Source: a virus (lineage: Duplodnaviria > Caudoviricetes). Taken from it: a stretch of 64,000 bases of DNA. Shown in pieces: positions 1 to 9,977 of the stretch. The DNA lies in the IMG/VR virus record IMGVR_UViG_3300013121_000013, positions 64,001-128,000 of that record, one strand, 5' to 3'. Under the pieces are notes generated by a model that was not told where the DNA came from, made no database searches, and was given only the letters and a program-made list of their open reading frames with translations. Numbering within the stretch: the first letter of the stretch is position 1; each line of letters opens with the position of its first letter. A program made the position numbers and the translations under genes.

Positions 1-38
1 GGAAATTATGTAATACCTGTAATTTAAAGGAAGTTAAG

Positions 39-1328
39 ATGCCGATTCCGATTGGAAGATCTAAAAAACAGCCACAAATTCAACCGAACACAAAAGATAT
101 ACAGCACCTTTCGCCGCAGCAATTATCCGAGTTAAGGCCAACTTCATCACTACCAGTTGGCTCTATAGTAGGTAAAGGTTCTCTGACTGATACTGAAAAA
201 AAAGTATTAGAACAGATGGGTTGGCAGCCTGGCCAGCCAATTCCTTCAGAAATAAGTAAACAGCTTTCGAATATGGAAGTTGTAAAAGATTTGAGAGAGT
301 TACAGAGGAAGCTGAAAGTCGAAGCAGAGAATGCTGTACCCGTTCCTCTAAACACTCCTCCTTTAAAAGTACCGAAGCCGACTCTTCTAGAAGATCTGCC
401 TCCAGACAAGCAGGCAAGTATCTTGCAGAGTATTAAAAGCGCCATTAAAGATACTGAACTATTAGTAAAGGCAGCAAATGAAGAAGCGGCTGGCAGCAAG
501 AGATCTGTACAATTTGAAGATCCGAGTCTAGAGGCAGCGGCTAGATATGTCTTAGAGAATTCTAATTCTTCTGACATCGTTATAGATTCAAAACCTTTGA
601 CAACTGATAATGTCGTCCCTGCTTCTGATGTACAACATCCAGCCGCTTATTTGACCAAAGAAGAGCTTGATAAGCTTATAAATAAGACGGAAGTACAAGC
701 TCAGTCTAACTCTGTAAAGGAAGAGGCTAAACAGCTTCCTAAAGATTCGGACACAGGGCTATTAAAGAAGCATCAAGAATGTCCGCACTGCGGCTGGGAT
801 CAAGACAAGCCAGAACCAGCAGAAATGCCATCAAGTACAGATAAATCTGCTTTCCTACAATCCGTGCTTGGACAGATAAGATTTAAGAAATCTTATAGCC
901 TTCTAGGCGATAAGGTTGTTGTTGTTTTTAGAACTCTAAAAGCAGAAGAGGCTGACTTGTGCATGACTCAAACAGTCATAGATATGGCTAAAACTGCCCA
1001 GGCTGATAACGAAGTTGCATTTTGGCGTACTGTTGCCGACTATAGATTGGCTATATCTATTGATTCTGTATACATAGATGGCAGGGGCAAGATTTACACA
1101 GCGCCTGAGGATATATGGACAGGTTTCGAAATAGCTGAAGAAGAAAAGCCTAAAGATTCGACAATACTTCCATTGATAGTTCAGTATATCTATAGCAATA
1201 TCTTAGTTCTAGAGTCATTAAGAAGAGCTATAGGAGTTAACTGCTTTAACTTCCATAGGATGGTTGAATTTATGGAGGCTCGTGTGCTGGACACAAATTT
1301 TTGGAAAGCGACCGAGGATGCGCATTAA
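39..1328 (+). CDS. Putative tail assembly chaperone (G-type), Pro-rich N-terminus and CxxC motif
   Basis: 429 aa ORF with AAGGA RBS and CPHC motif; first of two overlapping ORFs directly upstream of the tape-measure-like gene; ends over a slippery heptamer. Confidence 0.45.
   Translation: MPIPIGRSKKQPQIQPNTKDIQHLSPQQLSELRPTSSLPVGSIVGKGSLTDTEKKVLEQMGWQPGQPIPSEISKQLSNMEVVKDLRELQRKLKVEAENAVPVPLNTPPLKVPKPTLLEDLPPDKQASILQSIKSAIKDTELLVKAANEEAAGSKRSVQFEDPSLEAAARYVLENSNSSDIVIDSKPLTTDNVVPASDVQHPAAYLTKEELDKLINKTEVQAQSNSVKEEAKQLPKDSDTGLLKKHQECPHCGWDQDKPEPAEMPSSTDKSAFLQSVLGQIRFKKSYSLLGDKVVVVFRTLKAEEADLCMTQTVIDMAKTAQADNEVAFWRTVADYRLAISIDSVYIDGRGKIYTAPEDIWTGFEIAEEEKPKDSTILPLIVQYIYSNILVLESLRRAIGVNCFNFHRMVEFMEARVLDTNFWKATEDAH
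1295..1301 (+). other. Putative -1 programmed ribosomal frameshift site A_AAT_TTT
   Basis: X_XXY_YYZ heptamer in phase with ORF 39..1328; the -1 frame is open from 1268 to 1717; GGAGG at 1274-1278. Confidence 0.6.
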
Positions 1329-1717
1329 TTTGTCAAGCGGCTGCTGAGGGCCTTATTGATTTTAGTAAGGCCCAACTCCTCGATCGCTATTGGTGGAAAC
1401 GTCTTGACATACTTCTCTATCAACTAGAGAAACGTAACTATTATGACGTTATTAAAACACAGCATAACCAATGCTCTAACGCGTTGACTTATTGTGACGA
1501 TGACGAAATTTTCAAATCATATTGGAAATCTTGCAATGACCTTTTGAACGATTTGTATAGTTCTTATTTCTCTTGGGTTAAAGAAAAAGAATTATCCAAG
1601 AATAATGACGTCATTAAGCAGTTGAGAGAAGAGTACATTGCTAACTTTGGCGATCCGGACACTCCTGAGGCCAAGCAACGAATTGCAAATACTGTTAACT
1701 TCTTAATGAATAGATAG
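1301..1717 (+). CDS. Putative tail assembly chaperone T segment (probably made as a frameshift fusion)
   Basis: 138 aa in the -1 frame of the upstream ORF; TTG start without a properly spaced RBS; precedes the tape measure gene. Confidence 0.45.
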   Translation: MESDRGCALICQAAAEGLIDFSKAQLLDRYWWKRLDILLYQLEKRNYYDVIKTQHNQCSNALTYCDDDEIFKSYWKSCNDLLNDLYSSYFSWVKEKELSKNNDVIKQLREEYIANFGDPDTPEAKQRIANTVNFLMNR

Positions 1718-1731
1718 TAATTGGAGCTGTA

Positions 1732-4371
1732 ATGAGTAATAACCCGTATTTTCAACAGGTGGGCCAGGCTCCTAGTTTCTTTGCTGGGACTCCTATCACA
1801 CCTAGCCAAATGATGAATCTGTCTGGAGTTCCAGGAATGAATGGACCTCTGGGTATGATCGTCCAAATGCTTTTGCAGCCGATGATTCAACAGCTGTCGG
1901 CCAGTCACGGGTTTATTCCATTACAGTTCCAGCAAACACAAGGAGCATACGATCATCTAACTGCTAACATGGTCTTCAGAGAACGAATGAGGACCATGCA
2001 AATAGGCTCTGACCAAGATCAAGAAACTGCATATAGGACTCTTAGAGGTATAGCACATTTAAATAATACTCCTTGGAACGACTCTACAAGAAGCGCAGCT
2101 AGAAATATGGCTAAGCAGGCAGCTACTTGGCTTCCTCATCTGGCTATGGCTAACCCAGACTTTTTGGATCAAGCTTCTGGAGTTAGAGGCAGCTCCACGG
2201 TTATGCATCAATTCATGTCTATGGGGCTTAGATATGCTAGAGACCCTATTACTGGTCTAACTGGGCCAGATGGAGAGACTAGTGGAGCCATAGCTAGTCG
2301 TGTATTTAAGAATTTCTATGGTAAAGACTTATCCTTAGAAGAAGTGGCTTCTAGAACTAGAGGCCTATCTGCTGGCAGGATGGGTCAGCTTTTTGAAGAA
2401 TTGCAACGACGTGGATTAATGGGCGCTGGCATAACTGAGCAAGACAGAGAAAGAGTCAGGGCTGAAACTGAAAGAGAAATAGAAGCGAGCCCAAATGCTG
2501 CATCTTTAAGAGGACAGGCAGATGAGATAAACAATAAGAAGTTGACTAATATCACTGCTGATAGATATACCTCCAGGCTTAAAAATATGGCCGGAGCCGT
2601 ACAGGCTATGCGAGAGATATTTGGCGACCAAGGCCGTAAAGGTAACATGGTCGAGCTTATAAATAGCTTGGACGCCCTAACTCAAGGTGGGCTCGCAACA
2701 ATGAGTGGCGCTAAGCTTGAATCAACCGTTCGTAACATCCATATGCTAGTCAAGAATTCAGGAATGACAATGGATGGAATGCTTCAGTTAATGGCTGGCG
2801 GCGCTAGAGTAGCAGATAAGCTTGGCCTGGATAGGGAGTATGTAGTTGGTGCGTCTCAAGGTGCTGCTTCGTTTTCAGCAGCATTCGCTCAGACTGGAGG
2901 AGGCAATCTTCCTGGCTACGGATCCTTGAGTCGAGAAAAGGTCATACAGCTTGACCAACAATTAAGACTTAATGCTGCAGCCAGCTTCCAAGCTAATCTA
3001 TTATCTTCAGTTGTAAGTTTGGAAAAGGGCGGCTTTATAAAGTCCGGTACTGCAGCCGCTAGATTAGCTAAAGAGATTAAAGATGGTACTATTAAAGGCC
3101 CTCTAAGTCTTGAAGAATACTATAGAGTACTTAAAGAGTCTGGCGTTACTAGAGATATGGCTAATCAAAGCTTGCACAATACAGAGGCAAATAGAGAATA
3201 TGGCCTGGAGTATGATGTCCAGGATACGGTTAGAAATTTTCAGCCTAAAGAATTCAGTGCTATGCTTAAGAATATAGCCGCACCTGCTGCTACAGCTGCG
3301 CTAGATAAGAAGTTGAAGGCGGCTCTTGGTGACTCTGGACTTGCTGCTCTTCAAAGGGGTCTTGGAAATATTATAAATATGACCCCAGAACAGCAGCAAT
3401 CTGCCAATAGCAGACTTGAAGCTTCGATAGATATGATGTTAGCTGAAATGACTCCAGATCAGTTAAAGGCTCTAGGAAATACCGACGAAGAGAGACGTAA
3501 TGCTTTACGTCCTGTAGCTTTTACGTTTTTGGGGAATGTTACACATCATACAAAACATTTGGGAGGCACAAGAGCTGCGCTCCAGATGATGAACCCAGAA
3601 ACACTAAGGCAAGGAAGACAATTCAGAAGTGAGCAAAGAATAAAAGCTAACTTAGCTAAAGCTTTGGCTCCTTTTGGCTTAAGCGAAATAAGCAGAAGAG
3701 CAGCTCAAGCTGTTATAAACTCTGACAAAGACACCGACATAGGTAAGCTCTTTGCACAAATGTTTGGCGGTATCCCGGCCACTCCTGGCATGGATAAAGA
3801 AAAGCTAAATTCGCTACAGAAAGAGCTTGGGGAATTGTTTGAGCAAGGTATAGAGTTTGACGTCAATACTGGAGAGATAGCTCCTAAGGGCGGAACAAAG
3901 ATAACATTCAAAGAAGCTGTAGAGAGATATAGAAAGGACCCTACTAAAGAAAATGAAAGGATATTGACCGCCCATACGAATAGGTTAATCCCTGGCCTTA
4001 ATAAGGCTTTTTCTAGAGCCGGAGTTGAAACACCAGATAAGCAACCACTAGATGACGGCTCAAAAGATCCTAAAAATAAAGACAAAGAAGTCAAAGAGAA
4101 TGGTGGGGTTGAAACCAAAAATTCTACAACAACTATAGCTTCTAGTGTTAAACTAGAGGGAGAGCCTTTTGTTAATCTTTCAGATAAGACGTTAAAGAAT
4201 TTGAAAGAAGTTCTTAAAGAAGCCTCGTCTAAAAATAAAGATTCTGGAAAAGATGAGCCAATAGAAATAGTACTCAAGGACGTCGAAATCAAAATTAAAG
4301 ACGAAAGATCAACAATGAGTGCTGTAGCTGTTGTTAGGACCAGAGGTTCTGTAAGACCATCAAGAGGATAA
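1732..4371 (+). CDS. Tape measure-like tail protein
   Basis: 879 aa, Ala/Gly/Leu/Met-rich and helical-looking; lies between the chaperone pair and baseplate genes. Confidence 0.6.
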   Translation: MSNNPYFQQVGQAPSFFAGTPITPSQMMNLSGVPGMNGPLGMIVQMLLQPMIQQLSASHGFIPLQFQQTQGAYDHLTANMVFRERMRTMQIGSDQDQETAYRTLRGIAHLNNTPWNDSTRSAARNMAKQAATWLPHLAMANPDFLDQASGVRGSSTVMHQFMSMGLRYARDPITGLTGPDGETSGAIASRVFKNFYGKDLSLEEVASRTRGLSAGRMGQLFEELQRRGLMGAGITEQDRERVRAETEREIEASPNAASLRGQADEINNKKLTNITADRYTSRLKNMAGAVQAMREIFGDQGRKGNMVELINSLDALTQGGLATMSGAKLESTVRNIHMLVKNSGMTMDGMLQLMAGGARVADKLGLDREYVVGASQGAASFSAAFAQTGGGNLPGYGSLSREKVIQLDQQLRLNAAASFQANLLSSVVSLEKGGFIKSGTAAARLAKEIKDGTIKGPLSLEEYYRVLKESGVTRDMANQSLHNTEANREYGLEYDVQDTVRNFQPKEFSAMLKNIAAPAATAALDKKLKAALGDSGLAALQRGLGNIINMTPEQQQSANSRLEASIDMMLAEMTPDQLKALGNTDEERRNALRPVAFTFLGNVTHHTKHLGGTRAALQMMNPETLRQGRQFRSEQRIKANLAKALAPFGLSEISRRAAQAVINSDKDTDIGKLFAQMFGGIPATPGMDKEKLNSLQKELGELFEQGIEFDVNTGEIAPKGGTKITFKEAVERYRKDPTKENERILTAHTNRLIPGLNKAFSRAGVETPDKQPLDDGSKDPKNKDKEVKENGGVETKNSTTTIASSVKLEGEPFVNLSDKTLKNLKEVLKEASSKNKDSGKDEPIEIVLKDVEIKIKDERSTMSAVAVVRTRGSVRPSRG

Positions 4372-4372
4372 C

Positions 4373-5188
4373 ATGCCAAATATCTTTTCTAGTAAGCCAG
4401 GTTCTGTTACAGCCGTAGGAAGTAGTAACCCACTCCCATTAAAGGTAACAATGGGTTCATGGGGAGGCTATGCCTCGTTCAAGGCTATAATAACTGAGGC
4501 TGGGGTAAACAGAGGTGGAAGATTTCAGTTTCTATACTCAATGAGAGACTTTATTTACTTCTATTCTTTTGGTGAGTTATTGGGAGAAATTTCGATATCT
4601 GGTATAGCTTTTTCTAGTGCTTGTCCTGGTGAGGGCGGCACTGCTGGATCCAAATCAGGATTTGAACATGTTCTGGATTATTATGAAAAAAATAGAATAA
4701 GTCGTATAGGTTCACCTATATCTATATCTATAGGTACAGCTGGGTTTAGTGCATTTTTAACAAACATAGGAGTTGTAGCGCAAGACGCGCAACAACAAAT
4801 TGCGCCATTCAAGATGAAATTTTTATTTCCTCCAAATCCTAGACCAGCAGCGACATTTGCGACTATACCTACTAACGCTATAAATTTCATAAGCAGCTTT
4901 GCACCTAGAGAGCCAAGCGCTAATAGTTTAGGTTCTAACCAGGGTCAGTGCTGTCCTTCTATAGCTTCAGTAACTAATGCACCTACTACGAGCATATCAA
5001 CACCTACAGCCTCTACCAGGCCTGCGGCCTCCAACGGGCTCCATAGAATGATTAGCTCCACTAGATTACCTAACGCGCCTAGTGCCACTAGTACTACCAA
5101 TTCTAATAGCACGCCTAGCATGCATAATATAGAAGGCGGAAGTATACCAGGGGTTGTTGCTATTACTAATCTTCTTTTAAGGCGATAA
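4373..5188 (+). CDS. Putative tail tube initiator/baseplate protein with Ser/Thr/Pro-rich C-terminus
   Basis: beta-rich N-terminal half (YFYSFGELLGEISISG), low-complexity tail; follows the tape measure gene. Confidence 0.4.
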   Translation: MPNIFSSKPGSVTAVGSSNPLPLKVTMGSWGGYASFKAIITEAGVNRGGRFQFLYSMRDFIYFYSFGELLGEISISGIAFSSACPGEGGTAGSKSGFEHVLDYYEKNRISRIGSPISISIGTAGFSAFLTNIGVVAQDAQQQIAPFKMKFLFPPNPRPAATFATIPTNAINFISSFAPREPSANSLGSNQGQCCPSIASVTNAPTTSISTPTASTRPAASNGLHRMISSTRLPNAPSATSTTNSNSTPSMHNIEGGSIPGVVAITNLLLRR

Positions 5189-5189
5189 A

Positions 5190-5993
5190 ATGATAAATCA
5201 TATTCGCACTTTGTTGCTCAATAAACCATCATCTGCATCAGTATCAGATAGTTTTCCAGGTGAAGAATATGTGCCTCCAAATTTTGTGCCTATTACCTTA
5301 ACTCCTGATTTATCTAAAATTAGAGATATACTTTTTGGTCAAAGACCTGATAGAGCTATGCTTAACTATAGGTTAAGACAATATATGAATTTGCTGCATA
5401 GTGATAAGTTTTTAAATCAATATACCGTGGTTCTTGATCCAAGGATAACTTACTTACCCTTTAACGATCCATTGTTTGTGCAGCCATCTAGATATAATGT
5501 GAGCATAAAACATATACCAGTCGGAACCACTAGAACTTTATACATAAACGGCGACATCGACAACGTCAGAGATAGAAGTAGGTTGAGAAAGTTTTGGACG
5601 GTCGAGATACTATCAGAAGATTCAGCTAAAGTTATATCTGATACTGTTCCTACGTCTATTGAAACGTATTCCTTTTCTGTTGAAGATGGACTTACGACTT
5701 CTATACCATTAACAAATTCTGATTTATCTGTTTATGCTGATCCTACGATAGGGACTAAGTGGTTTATAGAGATTTTCGCGCAGCCTGAAGAAAGTTTGAC
5801 AGATGTAGTGTCAAAACTTAATAGTTTGGATAATCAGTCTCTATCGGCTATATTCGGTAGAAGAGTAGAGCCATTTTTATCTTTTTATAGTTTATGGACT
5901 AATGAAAAGATTGTTGGTCCGTCTGTTAGGCTAGGAAGTATAGTTCTAAGCTATGCCTTCAATCTAGAGTTATTGAGATTAAACAGGGAGTAA
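5190..5993 (+). CDS. Hypothetical protein, likely virion/baseplate
   Basis: 267 aa ORF tightly packed in the tail operon. Confidence 0.45.
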   Translation: MINHIRTLLLNKPSSASVSDSFPGEEYVPPNFVPITLTPDLSKIRDILFGQRPDRAMLNYRLRQYMNLLHSDKFLNQYTVVLDPRITYLPFNDPLFVQPSRYNVSIKHIPVGTTRTLYINGDIDNVRDRSRLRKFWTVEILSEDSAKVISDTVPTSIETYSFSVEDGLTTSIPLTNSDLSVYADPTIGTKWFIEIFAQPEESLTDVVSKLNSLDNQSLSAIFGRRVEPFLSFYSLWTNEKIVGPSVRLGSIVLSYAFNLELLRLNRE

Positions 5994-5997
5994 GACA

Positions 5998-8160
5998 TTG
6001 GATTATGTCATTACATCAAAGAGAGCCTGGGCTGTAGTTACGGTCCCTTTATCTCTTATTAGTAGAATAGGCGCGGCAATAAGCGGTATTGGAGTGCTAA
6101 ATCCAATAGGTGGTATAGGTGTAGCGTCTTCTCAAACTCCTGTAGATATAACTCTAGATATTGGCAGATACAGTATAGATTGGGAGTTGAATGCTATACC
6201 CAATGCTAATTTGACAATTGCTGTTGGAAGACTAGCCAGTGACGTTAGACAAGTATCTGCAATTCATAGAATTGTCCATCAACTAAAAGAAATGGTTCCG
6301 ATCTCTATTTACATAGAGGATAGCACTTCTAATTTTGCTCCAGCATCAGAAATTGATGCTGTATATCAAGACAAGGCTATAAGAATATTTAGGGGAGTTG
6401 TTGTGTCTACTGGATTCAGGAGACACGATAACAATCTAGAATTTATTATAAGTGCGGCACATTGGCTAAGGGATCTTACGTTCTCGTCCGCATTGTCTAG
6501 ATCTAGTCATCCGTCTAATCCAAATCAGACATCTTTTAATGCAGCTTTTCCAGACCTAGCTGTAAGCGGCGGAATAGATATCGCGCCTCACGCTACAGCT
6601 GACACAATGCCAGCTAACTTCTTTTCCGTTGATGTGGTCCGTAAAGACTTCTGGGGGTCAGGAGAGACTCCTGTGGACAACACAGGAGGATTTAAACTTG
6701 GCGGAATGAAAGAATTTTTAAAGCAGCTTTCTTCCGTAGATAGAATGTATACAACACCTACAGCCAGACAAATTTTCGGACAACCCAACGACGTTAATAA
6801 TGAAAAAAATTGGGAAGCTCTAAGGGCTTTACAACATTTTGAACCAAATGCTAGATATAGATTGCCTGGAGAGGATAAAGAAACTTTAGAGTCAGGGTAT
6901 GTTGATGGTGTTCCACTATCTATGGACCTAGACGGAGTAGACGGAATAACAGCTATACACGTTGCGTCAGCTATAGGTATGACAATGGGCCGTGAAACAT
7001 TTAGTTCTATAGCTTCTCAGACGTTGTGGGACAAACTTGTAGGACAGTACGCTCCATTATTTTTATTCGCTATAGTTCCTATGGTTGAAAAAGCTTTAAT
7101 TGTACCCTTTACACCTGGGCTAAAATGGAACGGCGGAAAGAAGGGTGCTAGGTTAATAACTACTCAAGACTACTCAGGCTTTGAATTCGTATCACAAAAT
7201 ATATCTCCTTTGAAAGGGGTGTTTTTACTGACAAGCATGGCAGTAACTACAGGATATGATGTTGGTAGAGAGGATTCTCCTTCTTATACTCTGTTTGGCC
7301 CTAAGTATGTCAGTCAACAAGCAGAAAATAGTGGCGGTCTTGTTATGTTTAAATCTGCTCCTAGGTGGTTGACAGATTTAAGTATTCCATTCTTATATCC
7401 TTCAATGTCACCTCCGTTCAGCACTGCGCACGATTCCGTTACGGATAACATTAACGCAAGTTTGGAGTCTGACTTATCAGCTATATTCCTGTCAAACGGC
7501 ATAGACGATCCCAATAAAACAACTTTAATAAATGCTGTAAAGGTTATGGTCGAGGACGGAGAAAGAGATGCTGCTAAAATAATGCTGGAACTTGTACCTT
7601 TGATGAACAGTCTTAATATTACTGTCTCAACGGGATTAGCGTTATCGCTGCAAATTATGATTGGCGCGGCTGTTCAGTCGTATGCGACTAATATTGCTGA
7701 TGTTTACTCTAAGGTTTCTGGGCTGTGGGATAGGTATGCACAGGCTCTGTATGTACAAGAAAAGACTAAAGGTAGACAGGCAACCTTGACGGGAAGATTT
7801 AGACTAGACATAGCTCCAGGAACTTTAGTTAAAATTGAAACAAATAGCCCTGATCTAAATATAGCTCCTCCAGTCTGCCCAGGCTCTTTGTGCGTAGACG
7901 ACAAAGAAAGATATCTATATGGAACAGTTCTAAGAATTAGTATTTGGGGCGATGCTCAAGCTAATAAAACTGGAACGTCATTTCAGATAGGCTTTATTCA
8001 TGATGAGTATGAAGAGCAATCTTCAGACACGACAGTAGATAGGCACCCAGTTTGGGCTACAGCTTGGTATGGAGCTCCTTTGGTAGTAGATAAAGATCCT
8101 GCTACAGATAAATTCAGGCACTGGAATACACCTGTTTTAGCTCCGAATATAGTAAATTGA
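5998..8160 (+). CDS. Putative baseplate hub protein (gp27/VgrG/late-control-D-like)
   Basis: 720 aa; IFRGVVVSTG near the N-terminus and LTGRFRLDIAPGTLVKI near the C-terminus are typical of hub proteins; gene context. Confidence 0.5.
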   Translation: MDYVITSKRAWAVVTVPLSLISRIGAAISGIGVLNPIGGIGVASSQTPVDITLDIGRYSIDWELNAIPNANLTIAVGRLASDVRQVSAIHRIVHQLKEMVPISIYIEDSTSNFAPASEIDAVYQDKAIRIFRGVVVSTGFRRHDNNLEFIISAAHWLRDLTFSSALSRSSHPSNPNQTSFNAAFPDLAVSGGIDIAPHATADTMPANFFSVDVVRKDFWGSGETPVDNTGGFKLGGMKEFLKQLSSVDRMYTTPTARQIFGQPNDVNNEKNWEALRALQHFEPNARYRLPGEDKETLESGYVDGVPLSMDLDGVDGITAIHVASAIGMTMGRETFSSIASQTLWDKLVGQYAPLFLFAIVPMVEKALIVPFTPGLKWNGGKKGARLITTQDYSGFEFVSQNISPLKGVFLLTSMAVTTGYDVGREDSPSYTLFGPKYVSQQAENSGGLVMFKSAPRWLTDLSIPFLYPSMSPPFSTAHDSVTDNINASLESDLSAIFLSNGIDDPNKTTLINAVKVMVEDGERDAAKIMLELVPLMNSLNITVSTGLALSLQIMIGAAVQSYATNIADVYSKVSGLWDRYAQALYVQEKTKGRQATLTGRFRLDIAPGTLVKIETNSPDLNIAPPVCPGSLCVDDKERYLYGTVLRISIWGDAQANKTGTSFQIGFIHDEYEEQSSDTTVDRHPVWATAWYGAPLVVDKDPATDKFRHWNTPVLAPNIVN

Positions 8161-8174
8161 TAGACGTCTATCAA
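8157..8174. promoter_or_regulatory. 18-bp palindrome TTGATAGACGTCTATCAA (copy 1)
   Basis: perfect palindrome overlapping the TGA of the hub gene, upstream of the sigma factor RBS. Confidence 0.6.
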
Positions 8175-8188
8175 ATAGGAGAATTAAA

Positions 8189-8998
8189 ATGCCGTATATG
8201 GACCCTTCTCAGTTTAAGCCAAAAAAACTGAAAAGTAACTTACAAGAAGAGGCCAGCCCTCTTGATGATTTATTGCTGGAGCCCTCTTATAGAAAACAAT
8301 ATGAAGCATGGAAAAATACTCCAAGCCCAGCTACGTCTGGCGCACTTTTAAGATCTGTAGATCCAGTTATTAAATCGGCTTTAACAACATATGGAGGGAC
8401 TTCTTCCAAAAGTCCTACTTTATACAGTAAAGCTAGATTAATGGCTTTACAATCTCTACCTTCATACGATCCAAAAAGAGCAAAATTACAGACATTCTTA
8501 ATGTCACAGCTACAAGGCCTGAGAAGGGCAGCTAGTAAAGAAGAGAGAGTACTGTCAGTCCCAGAACAGGTCCTTTTAGATAGACAGCACATATTTGATA
8601 CGTCGAAGTTTTTAGAAGAAGAACTAGGTAGAGAACCATCTACTATGGAGTTGGCGGATAGATTAAAACTTTCTCCAAAAAGAATCGAGTATATACAGAA
8701 ATACAGACCAGCTATGGCTGAAGGATCGTTTGTAGCACAAACTGAGGAGGGTGGCGCAGAGCCTTGGGCTCCTGCTGTCGAGTCTGATGGCTCTGCTTCT
8801 TGGCGTGAGTTCGTATATCATAGTTTAGATAATACTGATAAGCTTATAATGGAGTACACACTAGGAATGCACGGTAGAAGTCCATTAAGCAATCAAGAGC
8901 TAGCAAAGAAATTAAGGGTATCGCCTGGGGCGATAAGCCAAAGAAAAGCTAAAATACAGGATAAAATAGATTCTAGATATGATGTTGGAGTTATGTAA
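8189..8998 (+). CDS. Sigma-70 family RNA polymerase sigma factor (FliA/SigF-like, regions 2-4)
   Basis: YDPKRAKLQTF (region 2), LEEELGREPSTMELADRL (region 3), LSNQELAKKLRVSPGAISQR HTH (region 4); AGGAG RBS. Confidence 0.85.
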   Translation: MPYMDPSQFKPKKLKSNLQEEASPLDDLLLEPSYRKQYEAWKNTPSPATSGALLRSVDPVIKSALTTYGGTSSKSPTLYSKARLMALQSLPSYDPKRAKLQTFLMSQLQGLRRAASKEERVLSVPEQVLLDRQHIFDTSKFLEEELGREPSTMELADRLKLSPKRIEYIQKYRPAMAEGSFVAQTEEGGAEPWAPAVESDGSASWREFVYHSLDNTDKLIMEYTLGMHGRSPLSNQELAKKLRVSPGAISQRKAKIQDKIDSRYDVGVM

Positions 8999-9558
8999 TG
9001 CCAACTGCGTACGTGAGTGGAGTAATAGAACCTTTTAAAGAACAGCTAGACGTATTTATAAATAATGCGTCTGCTGCTTTTCAATCTATAACTCAAACCG
9101 GACAAAGAAAATGGGATGTCCCATATACTCATTTAGGCTGGGATAAGAATGTATTAAACTATACAGGCGCTAACTCTATAGCCAGTGCTTTTGATAGAGC
9201 TCTCTTAAATAGCTCTTATTGGAATGCTCTGTCAAATGGCGCGAAGTTATCTAGCGATTATGGAAAAGTAGCAGAATGTAGATGTGCGAAATATCAGATA
9301 GACGCTTTAGGTTCTATGGAAAGAGCTTTTAGAGAAAGATCAAGGAGTTACGTTAGGGCTGCTTATGTAACAGCCTCCAGATATCAGGGTCATGCCAGCC
9401 AGCAGGGACCTATAGCAGACCTTGTTCAGGTGGTCAATCGAATGATAGCTCAATCTAGCGTAGATAATATTCCTGAACAAAGACCAAGAGTTAATACTAG
9501 ACAAAAGTTTTCTGACATCGATTCATCTAGCCCAGCATCAGTAGGAGCTTTTCAATGA
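8998..9558 (+). CDS. Hypothetical protein
   Basis: 186 aa, TAATG-coupled to the sigma gene. Confidence 0.5.
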   Translation: MPTAYVSGVIEPFKEQLDVFINNASAAFQSITQTGQRKWDVPYTHLGWDKNVLNYTGANSIASAFDRALLNSSYWNALSNGAKLSSDYGKVAECRCAKYQIDALGSMERAFRERSRSYVRAAYVTASRYQGHASQQGPIADLVQVVNRMIAQSSVDNIPEQRPRVNTRQKFSDIDSSSPASVGAFQ

Positions 9559-9977
9559 TAGACATTGGGTTATATACTCCTAATAAAGAAGGTATTGGTA
9601 CTCAGTCTTTTGTTTCTACTGTAAGCGCAGGTAAAGAGGTGACTGGCGAGGAGCTTCTAGCACAAAGATTTTTAATGAAGTTTCTAAAATCACCAACGAG
9701 TAGCCCATATTTTAATGACGGCTGTGGGTTTTTAGATATTCTTCAGTCCAATGTTATAACTGAGTTTGATATATTTTCAGCATTTGCTACTTCTTTATCT
9801 GAAATACGATCGCTACTGAGAGCTGAAGAGGACGAAGATACTCCTGATAACGAAACGTTTATGGATGCCAGTATAATAGAGTTGTCTTTATATGCCGATA
9901 AACTACTTCTAGGAATTGGCATATTAAGTAAAGCTGGCACTGTTGTCGGAGTTAGACTGCCAGTGGAGGTGTCTTAA
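9555..9977 (+). CDS. Baseplate wedge gp25/GpW-like protein
   Basis: 140 aa, TGEELLAQRFLMKFL..P.S......GCGF pattern; directly upstream of baseplate J. Confidence 0.6.
   Translation: MIDIGLYTPNKEGIGTQSFVSTVSAGKEVTGEELLAQRFLMKFLKSPTSSPYFNDGCGFLDILQSNVITEFDIFSAFATSLSEIRSLLRAEEDEDTPDNETFMDASIIELSLYADKLLLGIGILSKAGTVVGVRLPVEVS

Noticed and set aside
9191-9208. Sixth copy of the 18-bp palindrome (TTGATAGAGCTCTCTTAA)
   Set aside because: Only the left half matches; too many mismatches
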